From NCBI GenBank assembly GCA_964513745.1, contig CAZEOK010000003.1, positions 3,150 to 67,149 on the forward strand: DNA of 64,000 nt, read 5' to 3'. Within the stretch, counting starts at the first letter, position 1. Every line of letters starts with the position of its first letter. Below the pieces are notes generated by a model that ran no database searches, was not told the DNA's origin, and saw only the letters and a list, made by a program, of their open reading frames with translations. The position numbers and the translations under genes are program-made. Below, piece after piece: positions 24,545-33,516 of the stretch. The stretch is from an uncultured bacterium (GTDB lineage Bacteria; JAUVQV01; DATDCY01).

Positions 24545-24688
24545 TCATCCGGGGGGCACCGGAGCCAGCCGCGGTTGGTCTTGCAGCAGTACGAGTCCCC
24601 GGTCCGCGAAAAGCTTCACGTACTCCAGAACGTGCCTGACGCGCAGGCCGCACTGGAATCTCTCGAGTGTGAACCGCGGTATGCCCAT
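24545..24688 (-). CDS. possible 47-aa small ORF between the neuB-like gene and the 617-aa ORF
   Basis: ATG preceded by AAGGGAGGAGCGAGGGG. Fills the gap 36 nt after the neuB-like stop and ends 8 nt before the GTG at 24537. No recognisable family. Confidence 0.3.
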   Translation of the reverse strand: MGIPRFTLERFQCGLRVRHVLEYVKLFADRGLVLLQDQPRLAPVPPG

Positions 24689-24723
24689 GGCGTCCCCTCG
24701 CTCCTCCCTTCGGAGATCGACGG

Positions 24724-25740
24724 TCAGTCCCTGGGCTGGAAGCCGATGTGGCCAACGGTGAAGGCCTCGTGCCGGGCAATGCCCTTCGTGAGCACTTTGC
24801 CGACCAGGTCGTCGCATTGGCTGGCGCTCATGGCATTCTCCGGACGGAGGATCAGGATGTCTTCGTCGCGGATGGTTTCCCCGGCCTGCATCTCCCGAGC
24901 GGCGTACAGCGCCCGCCGGGCGCGTTTCCTCGTGGCGCGTTCAGCCTCGCCCACCTTGTCCGCGGCCTCGCGGATCGCAGCCTGCGCGGCTCGGAGATCC
25001 GAGACGTAGGTCGTCATCCCGGCCTCGTCCATGGCATGGTGGTGGTCGAATCCCTCCTGCGCCCGGTCCCGGGTCACGTGCTTCTCGATGTAGGTCGCGC
25101 CCTTGGCGATGGCGATGGCCGCGGCGATCGCGCCCTCGGTGTGGTCCGAGAAGCCGACAGGGAAGCCGAATCGCGAAGCGAGGACATCGATGAAGGAGAG
25201 GTTCGTCTCCTCGAGTCGCGCAGGGTAGACCGAGACACAGTGCATGAGCACGAGGTCGTGAAAGCCGGTCCTCAGGATCTCCCGCACCGAGAACTCGATC
25301 TCCGCGAGCGACGACATCCCGGTCGAGAGGATCATCCTCACGCCCTTCTCCGCCACCTGCCGCAAGAAGCGCACGTTGTTCAGGTCGGTGGAGGCGACCT
25401 TGACGTATGCGGGTTGCAGGGAGCAGAGCAGCTCGAGGCCGCGCCGGTCGAAGACCGACGCGCTGAAATCAAGCCCGAGCTCGCGGGCGCGATCCGCGAG
25501 CTGGCGGTAGGCGTCGTCGGGCAGCATGAAGCGGCGGCGCATCGCGACGACCTCGCGGATGTCGTAGTGGCCGTACTCGTAGTCGCCCGGCAGATAGAGC
25601 TCGTCTGGATCGATGATCTGGAACTTGACCGAGTCCGCGCCCGCGCGGCTCGCGAGATCGATCAGCCGCAGCGCCTCGTCGAGGCTGCCGTTGTGGTTGG
25701 CGCCGGCTTCGGCGATCACGTGGGTGTTGGCCGGGCGCAT
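24724..25740 (-). CDS. N-acetylneuraminate/pseudaminate synthase family protein (NeuB/SpsE-like, with SAF domain)
   Basis: VIAEAGANHNGSLDEALRLIDLA ... DSVKFQ ... GFSDHT ... IEKH motifs. C-terminal SAF-like LRPENA region. Confidence 0.85.
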   Translation of the reverse strand: MRPANTHVIAEAGANHNGSLDEALRLIDLASRAGADSVKFQIIDPDELYLPGDYEYGHYDIREVVAMRRRFMLPDDAYRQLADRARELGLDFSASVFDRRGLELLCSLQPAYVKVASTDLNNVRFLRQVAEKGVRMILSTGMSSLAEIEFSVREILRTGFHDLVLMHCVSVYPARLEETNLSFIDVLASRFGFPVGFSDHTEGAIAAAIAIAKGATYIEKHVTRDRAQEGFDHHHAMDEAGMTTYVSDLRAAQAAIREAADKVGEAERATRKRARRALYAAREMQAGETIRDEDILILRPENAMSASQCDDLVGKVLTKGIARHEAFTVGHIGFQPRD

Positions 25741-25746
25741 GGCTGG

Positions 25747-26814
25747 CTAGCGGCCGAGGACGAGCCGGGCATACCGTGTGCAGCCGTCGAGCAGCGCCGC
25801 CCTGAGCTCGCACCAGGTCCCGCGCCTGAGGGCGGCGATGGTGGTCTCGTGGTCCACCCGGGCGTCGAGCCTGCGGGCCACGTCGCCCGGGACGTCGCCG
25901 GCGAGCATGTCGACATTCCAGGCGCCGAGCCCCACCGTCTCGATGGCGCTGCGGCCCCGTTCGTCGTAGCTGACGGGTATTGCGAAGGTCCCGAGCGCGA
26001 GGCAGGGCAGGAAGGAGTGGAGGCGGTAGGTGACGTTCAGCCGGGCGTTCTTGAGCAGGGTGAGGTAGGTAAACACGTCCTCTGTGTAGGCGTACTCGAT
26101 CCCCCGAAAAGAGGCGGCGAACGGGATGTCGCGGTGGTCGTGGCAGAGGAGCTTCACCTGAGCGTATCCCCGCTGCCGTAGCAGCTCGACGGTCCGGATG
26201 ATGTCCTCCCTGACCCGGTATTGCCAGGACACCGGGACGCTCATCAGGTGGGGCGCGCGGATCGAGATGAGCGCATCCGCGCCGTCCCTCTCGGCGAGGG
26301 GGTCGAAGTGTATCGGCATCTCGTCGATGAAAAGCGACGGGCAGCCGCAGACGAGGCTCGAGCACCCGATGCTCTCGAGGTAGTCCCGGGTCGCGACGTC
26401 ACGCACGAGGGAGAGGTCGGCACGGTCGTTGAGGGACCTGATCAGCTCGTCCGGCATGACGTTGGTCCGGTCGACGAGTCGCAGGTCGCGGTTGTAGATC
26501 CTGCCGCGGGCGAGGCTGAACAGGAGCAGGGGCACCTCAAGCGCCCGCAGCGCGGTCGGGTTGATCTCGATCTCGCCGTTCTCGTAGAGATTGCCGCCGC
26601 CGACGATCAGCCCGCCGCCGAACTGGTTGATCTCGTAGACGGTCTGGGCGGTGATGCCGGCCTTCCGGTGGGTCTCGTACTTGCCCGTGGCAGGCAGCGA
26701 GATCAGGTTGACGGCCTCGCCGAACGCCTGCCGCACGAAGTGCTTCAGCCCGAGAAAGATGACATCGTTGCCGATGTTGAACCCTTTCGGGCGGATGCAG
26801 TAGAGGTTAACCAC
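25747..26814 (-). CDS. polysaccharide pyruvyl transferase family protein
   Basis: NIGNDVI ... GGGNLYENG ... VRDVATRDYL ... TYRLHS pattern typical of CsaB/WcaK-like pyruvyl transferases. Confidence 0.8.
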   Translation of the reverse strand: MVNLYCIRPKGFNIGNDVIFLGLKHFVRQAFGEAVNLISLPATGKYETHRKAGITAQTVYEINQFGGGLIVGGGNLYENGEIEINPTALRALEVPLLLFSLARGRIYNRDLRLVDRTNVMPDELIRSLNDRADLSLVRDVATRDYLESIGCSSLVCGCPSLFIDEMPIHFDPLAERDGADALISIRAPHLMSVPVSWQYRVREDIIRTVELLRQRGYAQVKLLCHDHRDIPFAASFRGIEYAYTEDVFTYLTLLKNARLNVTYRLHSFLPCLALGTFAIPVSYDERGRSAIETVGLGAWNVDMLAGDVPGDVARRLDARVDHETTIAALRRGTWCELRAALLDGCTRYARLVLGR

Positions 26815-27499
26815 GGTGCAGGCCCAGCCTCCGGTAGGTGCGGACGATTTCCTCCACGGATGGGGTCTCGTTCCGGCTCAGGCCGGCGAGGAGCTTCTCC
26901 AGGATTTCCCGGTCTTCGGGGGTGTCGACGACGAGGCGGACGTCGTGGTCGTTGCCATGCGTGTAAGTGTAGAAATAAGCGCGGCATTTGTCCATGTTCT
27001 CGTAGAACCACGCCGTGATGTGCTCTCGCTGGTGCGGATTGAACCCGGGGCAGCGGGAGATGAAGACGTCCGACCGCAGGGCCTCGAGGCTGATGCCGTA
27101 GGGAAACGCGCGGGGCACGAGGTTGGTGACGAAGTCGTAGCCGCCTCCCTCGAGGATGGAGAATCCGGCGGAGATGAGCCCCTTGTTCGGGAAGGGGCTG
27201 TCGCCGTTCACCCGCGCGAACAGGTCGATCCCGTGGCGCTCGAGGCAGTCCCCGACCCGCCGTGCGACGTCATCGCAGGCGCCCCGGAAGCAGGCGATCC
27301 CGGCCCGCTCGGCCACCGCGGCGAGCGGGTCGTCGAGCGGCCGGTCCGTCGTGGCGAGTATGACCGCGAAGCCCGCGGCGGGGTGCAGGGCGTCGATGCA
27401 CCGCTCGAGGAGCGTCTTTCCGGCCAGCGGTGCGAGGGCTTTGCCGGGAAACCGGCGGGAATCGAGGCGCGACAGGATGACGGCGGCTTTCCGGCTCAT
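26807..27499 (-). CDS. cytidylyltransferase (SpsF / acylneuraminate cytidylyltransferase family)
   Basis: AAVILSRLDSRRFPGKALAPLAGKTLLE N-terminal nucleotide-binding motif. 8-nt overlap with the downstream pyruvyl transferase gene. Confidence 0.8.
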   Translation of the reverse strand: MSRKAAVILSRLDSRRFPGKALAPLAGKTLLERCIDALHPAAGFAVILATTDRPLDDPLAAVAERAGIACFRGACDDVARRVGDCLERHGIDLFARVNGDSPFPNKGLISAGFSILEGGGYDFVTNLVPRAFPYGISLEALRSDVFISRCPGFNPHQREHITAWFYENMDKCRAYFYTYTHGNDHDVRLVVDTPEDREILEKLLAGLSRNETPSVEEIVRTYRRLGLHRG

Positions 27500-27502
27500 C
27501 GC

Positions 27503-28777
27503 TCAGGAGGTCCCGAGGCTTTGAATCGTCCACAGGCTCTTGCGGTAGGCGCCGCCGGATCGCGAGACGTTCGAGAAGTCCAGGGCGCGCCCCGTGTCCT
27601 TGCTCTGGATGACCGTGAAGTCCAGAGCCGCCTCGACGAAGTCGTCAACGCCCTCGTGCACGGCATGCCGCAGCCACACGGTCAAAGTGTACTCGCCGGG
27701 GTAGAGCGTCAGCTGCGGCACCCGGATGCGGAAGGAGCAGGTCCCGGGCTCGAACGTTCGCGGGTCGTTCTCCCACGTGGAGGGGAAGTGGTGGAGCCGC
27801 GTCCCGGAAACTGTCGAAATGCAGAAGCCGATCTCCGGGTTGCGCAGGCGCTGGGTGAACCGGACGGTGAGTTCCGCCCCGAAGTCGCTCCCGAATTCGA
27901 ACGTGTCGGCGACCGCCCCGTCGCCGGCGAGCGTGGCGAGCGTCAGCAGTTCGCCGTAGCGGCGGCTGCCGTGGCGTTCGAAGGTGGCGCCTGCGACCGA
28001 GAAGTCCGCGGTGCCGCGCCCCGTGATCCGGTTCTCCAGGTAGCGCCGGACCGCCTCGGCGGCGCTCCCGTGGAAGGCGGTCGTCCCGCCGCTGAGAAGC
28101 AGCCCCTGCGCGCAGAGCGTGTTCACCGCTCCCATGCTGTGGCTGACGAAGATGACGGTCCGGCCCGAGTCGCTCAGGTCGCGCATCCGGCCGAGGCACT
28201 TCCTCTGGAATTCGGCGTCGCCCACCGCGAGGACCTCGTCGACGAGCAGGATCTCCGTCTCGAGGTGCGCCGCCACCGCAAAGGCCAGGCGCACGTACAT
28301 GCCGCTGGAGTAGCGCTTGACCGGCGTGTCGACGAAGGGCTCGACGCCCGCGAACGCGACGATGCTGTCGACCGCGCTGCAGACCTCGCGCCGCGACATC
28401 CCGAGAATCGCGCCGTTGAGGAAGATGTTCTCCTTGCCGGTGAGTTCGGGGTGAAACCCGGTCCCGACCTCGAGGAGGCTCGCCACGCGCCCGCGCAGGC
28501 GCGCCTCCCCCTCGGTGGGGTCGGTGACCCGGGCGAGGATCTTCAGCAGCGTGCTCTTGCCGGCTCCGTTGCGCCCGATGACCCCGAGGGTGGTGCCGGC
28601 CCCGACCGCGAAGGAGACGTCACGCAGCGCCCACAGGGTCTCGCGCCTGGCGGCCGGCGGGCCCGGGAGGACGCCGCGCACGGAGCGCGCCAGGCTCTCG
28701 CGCAGCGTGCGGTACGGGAGGCGTTCCCCGAGGAGGTAGCGCTTGCCGAGGCCACTGACGGTGATGACGGGCGCCAT
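27503..28777 (-). CDS. wzt: O-antigen/polysaccharide ABC exporter ATP-binding protein with C-terminal Wzt_C-like domain
   Basis: Start MAPVITVSGL at 28777. Walker A GRNGAGKST, signature YSSGM, Walker B LLVDEV. About 180 aa of extra beta-rich C-terminal domain. Confidence 0.9.
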   Translation of the reverse strand: MAPVITVSGLGKRYLLGERLPYRTLRESLARSVRGVLPGPPAARRETLWALRDVSFAVGAGTTLGVIGRNGAGKSTLLKILARVTDPTEGEARLRGRVASLLEVGTGFHPELTGKENIFLNGAILGMSRREVCSAVDSIVAFAGVEPFVDTPVKRYSSGMYVRLAFAVAAHLETEILLVDEVLAVGDAEFQRKCLGRMRDLSDSGRTVIFVSHSMGAVNTLCAQGLLLSGGTTAFHGSAAEAVRRYLENRITGRGTADFSVAGATFERHGSRRYGELLTLATLAGDGAVADTFEFGSDFGAELTVRFTQRLRNPEIGFCISTVSGTRLHHFPSTWENDPRTFEPGTCSFRIRVPQLTLYPGEYTLTVWLRHAVHEGVDDFVEAALDFTVIQSKDTGRALDFSNVSRSGGAYRKSLWTIQSLGTS

Positions 28778-28782
28778 CGCGG

Positions 28783-29616
28783 TCAGATGACGTCGGCGAA
28801 GGAGCGCTCGACGCGGCGGAAATAGAAGAGACCGCCGACGAGGATCAGCGCCGTCACCAGGGCCGACGTCCCCAATGCCTGCCACGGCACCGGCCGCTGG
28901 TCGAGCAGCGCCGCGCGGAAGGCCTCGACGGTCCCGCCGACGGGGTTCAGGGCGAGCAGCCAGCGGTGGCGCTCGGGAAGCAGACTCGCCGGGTAGATCA
29001 CCGGAGTCACGAACAGCCCGAGCTGGACGAGGAAGGGGATCACGTACTGGAAGTCCCGGTATGCGACGTTGAGCGCGGCGAGCCAGAGTCCGCACCCGAT
29101 GGCGGCCAGAAACAGCAGCGCGACCAGGAACGGCAGCAGCGCGATTCCTGCCGCGGACGGCGCGATGCGGTAATGGAACATCATGAGGATCAACAACAGC
29201 GAGGCGACCCCGAGGTCGACGAGTCCCCCGAGGGCAGCGCCGGCGGGGATCAGGATCCGGGGGAAGAAGACCTTGGTGACGAGAGAGGCGTTGGCGACAA
29301 CGCTCGCACCCGCTCCGGCGACGGCTCCGGCAAAGTAGTTCCACGCCAGCAGCCCGCTGTAGACGAAGAGCGGGTAGGGCGCTCCGTCTGATGGCACCCC
29401 GGCATACCGACCGAAGACCACGGAAAAGACGGCCATCGCCGTGAGCGGCTGGAGGATTGCCCAGGCGGCGCCGAGCGCGGTCTGCTTGTACTTGACCGAG
29501 ACGTCGCGCCACGCAAGGAGGAACAGCAGCTCGCGGGAGGACCAGAGATCATGAAGGGCAAGGGGAGACCAGCCCCGTCGAGGGCGGATGACGATCTCGC
29601 GGTCGGCGGTGTTCAT
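28783..29616 (-). CDS. wzm: ABC-2 type polysaccharide export permease
   Basis: Six TM segments. LAWRDVSVKYKQTALGAAWAILQP signature. Confidence 0.9.
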   Translation of the reverse strand: MNTADREIVIRPRRGWSPLALHDLWSSRELLFLLAWRDVSVKYKQTALGAAWAILQPLTAMAVFSVVFGRYAGVPSDGAPYPLFVYSGLLAWNYFAGAVAGAGASVVANASLVTKVFFPRILIPAGAALGGLVDLGVASLLLILMMFHYRIAPSAAGIALLPFLVALLFLAAIGCGLWLAALNVAYRDFQYVIPFLVQLGLFVTPVIYPASLLPERHRWLLALNPVGGTVEAFRAALLDQRPVPWQALGTSALVTALILVGGLFYFRRVERSFADVI

Positions 29617-29793
29617 ATCGCCGATGCCGGCGACCCTGGACTCCGGGATCCCTCATCCACTGCGTCACGATAGAGCCGCCCCCAGATGTTGTCAAGCCGC
29701 GAAGCGCCAAGAAACCGAGGTGTGCGCCGACTCAGGCGCGCGACATGCCCGCCGGGCGCGGGTATACTCCGCCCGCAACCGGGGGAAGACGAG

Positions 29794-31074
29794 ATGACCG
29801 AGACGCAGGGGCGAGTCCGCCCCGTCGAACGCCCGGACGTCGCGATCCTGCTCTGCCGGGACCACGCCGTGATCTGCCACGACGTGTTGAACGCCGCGCG
29901 CGTCTGGGCCCGCCAGGGGCACGCCGCCGACGTTCTCGCGCTCTGGAGTGACGCCTGGCCGCAGCCGAACCAGATCGACCGGGGCGTGCGGCTCATCGCT
30001 CCCCGGACGCTCGGCGGCCTTCTGCGCGCGCTCGCGGTGCGATGCGACGGCGCCGCGACCGGCGCTGCCGCGACCGGGAAGGCGCCGGCGCCGTCGGCAC
30101 CCAGCCGCTCGCGCCTTGCCCGAGCCGGCGCGGCGTTTCTCCACCTGCTTCAGAAGACGGAGTTCGTGCTGCGACACACCGCACGCCTGCTCTTTGGGGG
30201 CTATCGCATCGCGGTGGCTTGCGACACCCCGGGGTTGATCGCCGTCCGCGTCGCCAAAGCGCTGCGCGGCATCCCGTACCTCTACCACTCGCGGGAACTC
30301 GTGCTCTCCTGGGATCTGAAGTCCCGGGGGGCGCGGGCCGCCAAGCGCATCGAGCGTGCCTGCCACCGTGCGGCAGCGTTCGCCGTGATTCAGGACGAAC
30401 GGCGCGCCGGGCTGCTGGCGCTGGACAACGGTGTCCCTCTCGAGGCGTTCACCTTGGTGCCGAACGCCCCGCTTGGCCTCTGGACGGGCGCGGCGTCGAC
30501 CTTTCTGGCGCGGGAGCTCGGGCTCCCGCCGCACACCCCGATCGTCCTGCATGCCGGCTCGATCGTCCCGGAGCACATGGTCCTTGAAATCATCGAGTCC
30601 GTCGGCAGCTGGCCGGCAGGTCCGGTCCTCGTCATCCATGGGACCCCGGCGTACTCCTACGGCCCGCAGCTGCGGGAGGCCGCGGCGCGTTTCCCGGGGA
30701 GAGTCGTGTTTTCGTCGGCCATCGTGCCGCCGGAGCGTGTCGATGAGCTCTTCGCGAGCGCAGCCGTCGGGTTGGCCCTGTACCGGCCCGACGGCGACAA
30801 CTTCCGTTGCGTCGGGCTCGCCGCGGGCAAGATCTTCAACCTGATGAAGGTGGGAGTGCCGACGATCGCGAACGACCTGCCGGGGCTGAGGGAGCTGCTG
30901 GAAGGGCGCGGCTGCGGACTCGTGGTCGCCGGTCCAGCGGGAATAGGCCTGGCCGTCGGGCGTCTGCTTGCGGATCGCGAAGGCTTCCGGGCCGCATGTC
31001 TCGCGGCCTTCCCGCCTTTCGAGTTCGAACAAAACTACCGGGCGGTCGTCCGCCGCGCAGTCGCACTCCTGTGA
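29794..31074 (+). CDS. glycosyltransferase family 4 (GT-B, group 1)
   Basis: Start MTETQG at 29794. C-terminal GLAAGKIFNLMKVGVPTIANDLPGLRELLE resembles the GT4 E-x7-E region. Confidence 0.75.
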   Translation: MTETQGRVRPVERPDVAILLCRDHAVICHDVLNAARVWARQGHAADVLALWSDAWPQPNQIDRGVRLIAPRTLGGLLRALAVRCDGAATGAAATGKAPAPSAPSRSRLARAGAAFLHLLQKTEFVLRHTARLLFGGYRIAVACDTPGLIAVRVAKALRGIPYLYHSRELVLSWDLKSRGARAAKRIERACHRAAAFAVIQDERRAGLLALDNGVPLEAFTLVPNAPLGLWTGAASTFLARELGLPPHTPIVLHAGSIVPEHMVLEIIESVGSWPAGPVLVIHGTPAYSYGPQLREAAARFPGRVVFSSAIVPPERVDELFASAAVGLALYRPDGDNFRCVGLAAGKIFNLMKVGVPTIANDLPGLRELLEGRGCGLVVAGPAGIGLAVGRLLADREGFRAACLAAFPPFEFEQNYRAVVRRAVALL

Positions 31075-31835
31075 ATCGGCCGCTGGGCGACCACCATCAC
31101 GTTCCAATCGCTCAGCCCCGGCTCGGCGTCAGGCCGGAGAAACGGTGCGAGCAGCAGCTGACGCAGGCCGGCGCCCTCGAGCAGCAGCGCGATCTCGCGG
31201 GGGAAGAAAAAGCGCATCCGGTGCTCCTCTTCGCAGCGCTCGAGAAGGGCGCGCCCCTCTCGAGCCTCCGTTGCGAAGTTCACGGCGACCACCTGGCTCA
31301 GATAATCGATCCGGCTGGTCGTCCGCCGCGCGACGCGACGGGTGCCTTCGCGCACCACCTTTTCACGGTCCTGCGGCGGGTCGCAGAGCACCGCCGGGCC
31401 GAACCAGACATCGAACATGAACAGGCCGCCGGGCCGCAGGTGCGCAGCCGCGGTCGCGAGGGCGGCGCGGATCTCTTCGTCGCTGGTTTGGTAGCCGAGG
31501 ACGGCAAACATCGAAATCACCGCGTCGAAGCGTCGTCCGAGGCGAAGGGCGCGGATGTCGCCGCGCGCGAAGGAAGCCGCCCCCGCCGCGGGCCGGGCCT
31601 TCGCGCGGGCAGCGCGCAACATCCCTGCCGAACGGTCCACGCCCGTGACGCTGTAGCCCCGAGCAGCCAGTGGCAGCGCGTGGCCGCCGGTGCCGCAGCC
31701 GAGGTCGAGCACCGTGCGCACCCGCCGCGGCGAGAACCGCTCGAAGAGCAGCTCGATCCCGTCCACCTCGGCGGCGTAGTCCTTGTCGCGGTAGAGCAGG
31801 TCGTAGTACCGCGCGTAGCGTCCGAAGGTGCTCAT
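31035..31835 (-). CDS. class I SAM-dependent methyltransferase
   Basis: YARYYDLLY ... VLDLGCGTGGHALPLA ... GVDRSAGML motifs. 40-nt convergent overlap with the GT4 gene. Confidence 0.85.
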   Translation of the reverse strand: MSTFGRYARYYDLLYRDKDYAAEVDGIELLFERFSPRRVRTVLDLGCGTGGHALPLAARGYSVTGVDRSAGMLRAARAKARPAAGAASFARGDIRALRLGRRFDAVISMFAVLGYQTSDEEIRAALATAAAHLRPGGLFMFDVWFGPAVLCDPPQDREKVVREGTRRVARRTTSRIDYLSQVVAVNFATEAREGRALLERCEEEHRMRFFFPREIALLLEGAGLRQLLLAPFLRPDAEPGLSDWNVMVVAQRPIHRSATARRTTAR

Positions 31836-32974
31836 GCTCCGCCCCGGTCCGCCAGATGCGCGATCGTCTCGCAGACCCGGTCGATCTGCGCCGGCGATAT
31901 CACCGGCCCCGTGGGGAGGTAGAGTCCACCGGCCGCAAGACGCTCGGTGACGGGGAACCCGCCGTGCGATCCCACGCCCGCCTTGGCGAGTGCCGGCTGG
32001 GAGTGCAGGGGTTTGAAGAACGGGCGGCTATCGATGCCCGCCGCGTGCAAGGCCGCAGCCAGAGCATCCCGGTCCATCCCGAACCGCTCCGGATCCACCA
32101 CGACGCCGTACATCCAGTAGACGTTCCGCACCTGCGGGCGCTCGGTTGGGAGTTGCAGTCCGGGGACATCGCGCAGTCGGTCAGAATAGCGCCGCGCGGC
32201 GGCGATGCGGCGGCGAATGAGTTCGTCGGCGCGCTCGAGTTGGGCGACGCCGAGAGCGGCCTGGAGGTTGGTGAGGCGGTAGTTGTAGCCGACGTCGTCG
32301 TGGATGTAGTCGCGAGCGCCGGTGAGCGGGAAGCAGAGATTGCGGTAGGACCGGCAGCGGTCGGCTACGCCGGGATTGTCGGTCAGCACCATGCCGCCCT
32401 CGCCGGTCGTCAGGATCTTGTTCGCGAAGAAGCTGAAGGCACTCGCAACGCCGAAGCTGCCGCAGCGGCGACCGCGGTACTCCGCGCCGTGGGCCTCGGC
32501 GGCATCCTCGACGACGTTGATGCCGCGCTGCTCGGCGAGAGCGAGGATCGGGTCCATCTCGCAGGGGTGCCCGTAGATGTGCACCGGCATGATCGCGCGG
32601 GTCCGGGGCGTGATCGCCGCTTCGAGGAGCGCCGGGTCGAGCGTCCAGGTGTCGGGCTCCACGTCGACGAAGACCGGCCTGGCGCCGAGGTAGAGCACGG
32701 AGAAGAGGCAGGCCGCCATCGTGAAGTCCGGGAGCACGACCTCGTCGCCGGCGCCGACGCCGACGGCGCGCAGGGCGAGGTGAAGCGCCGTGGTGCCGCT
32801 CGTCGTGGCGATGCCGAAGTGCCGGTCGCACCACCTGGCGAAGCCGTTCTCGAAACGGGTCACGTACTCCCCGGACGAGGAGATCCACCCGCCGCGAAGC
32901 GCATCGAGCAGGTAACGCTCTTCGTTGCCGTCCAGCGCAGGGGAGCAGACCGGGATCAAGGGCGGCCTACTCAA
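31832..32974 (-). CDS. DegT/DnrJ/EryC1/StrS family sugar aminotransferase
   Basis: GTTALHLALRA ... VVEDAAEAHGA ... SFFANKILTTGEGGM (PLP lysine). ATGA overlap with the downstream methyltransferase. Confidence 0.9.
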   Translation of the reverse strand: MSRPPLIPVCSPALDGNEERYLLDALRGGWISSSGEYVTRFENGFARWCDRHFGIATTSGTTALHLALRAVGVGAGDEVVLPDFTMAACLFSVLYLGARPVFVDVEPDTWTLDPALLEAAITPRTRAIMPVHIYGHPCEMDPILALAEQRGINVVEDAAEAHGAEYRGRRCGSFGVASAFSFFANKILTTGEGGMVLTDNPGVADRCRSYRNLCFPLTGARDYIHDDVGYNYRLTNLQAALGVAQLERADELIRRRIAAARRYSDRLRDVPGLQLPTERPQVRNVYWMYGVVVDPERFGMDRDALAAALHAAGIDSRPFFKPLHSQPALAKAGVGSHGGFPVTERLAAGGLYLPTGPVISPAQIDRVCETIAHLADRGGA

Positions 32975-33365
32975 AACGCTCCTTGTCCTCGGTGCCGGTG
33001 TAGGGGCCCTGCTTGACCTCGATGATCTCGGTGGGTTCGAGCATCGTCATGCCGTGTCCGCCCGCGGCGAGGAGGATGACGTCCCCGGTTTCGAGGATCT
33101 GGCTGGCGACGAACGCCTTTCCCTGCGTGTAAAGGTCGATGCGGGCGCGACCGCGCCGGATGAAGAGCACCTCGCGCGTGAAGCGCACCTCGCGCGGTAC
33201 TTCGTGGTGCACGTGGGCGGGGATGCGGTGGCCGGTGGGCCGCTTCATGTAGGCGAGCTGCTGGGAGAACTCGTTCGGGGTGAAGAACTCGAGGCCTTCG
33301 GGGGCGTGGTCGTTCGGAACGATGATGGCGATGAGCTCGCCGTCCTTCTCGATGCGTCGGATCAC
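32967..33365 (-). CDS. cupin-fold protein (WbuC/CapF-like), start uncertain
   Basis: HRIPAHVHHEVPREV ... GDVILLAAGGHGM cupin motifs. GTG at 33365 is preceded by GGGGGGA. The track ORF extends to 33467. Confidence 0.6.
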   Translation of the reverse strand: MIRRIEKDGELIAIIVPNDHAPEGLEFFTPNEFSQQLAYMKRPTGHRIPAHVHHEVPREVRFTREVLFIRRGRARIDLYTQGKAFVASQILETGDVILLAAGGHGMTMLEPTEIIEVKQGPYTGTEDKERFE

Positions 33366-33516
33366 GCTCGTCCCCCCCTGTCCCCCTGCCTTCGCCGCGT
33401 CGCGCGCTCCTCGATGCGCTTCCAAGTATATACCGGCGCTCATGTCGCGGGAAGCGCTCCACCGCACCGGCGGTTCGGTACGGGTCGCGGGTGGTGTGCG
33501 GCGGTGGATCGTGGAT

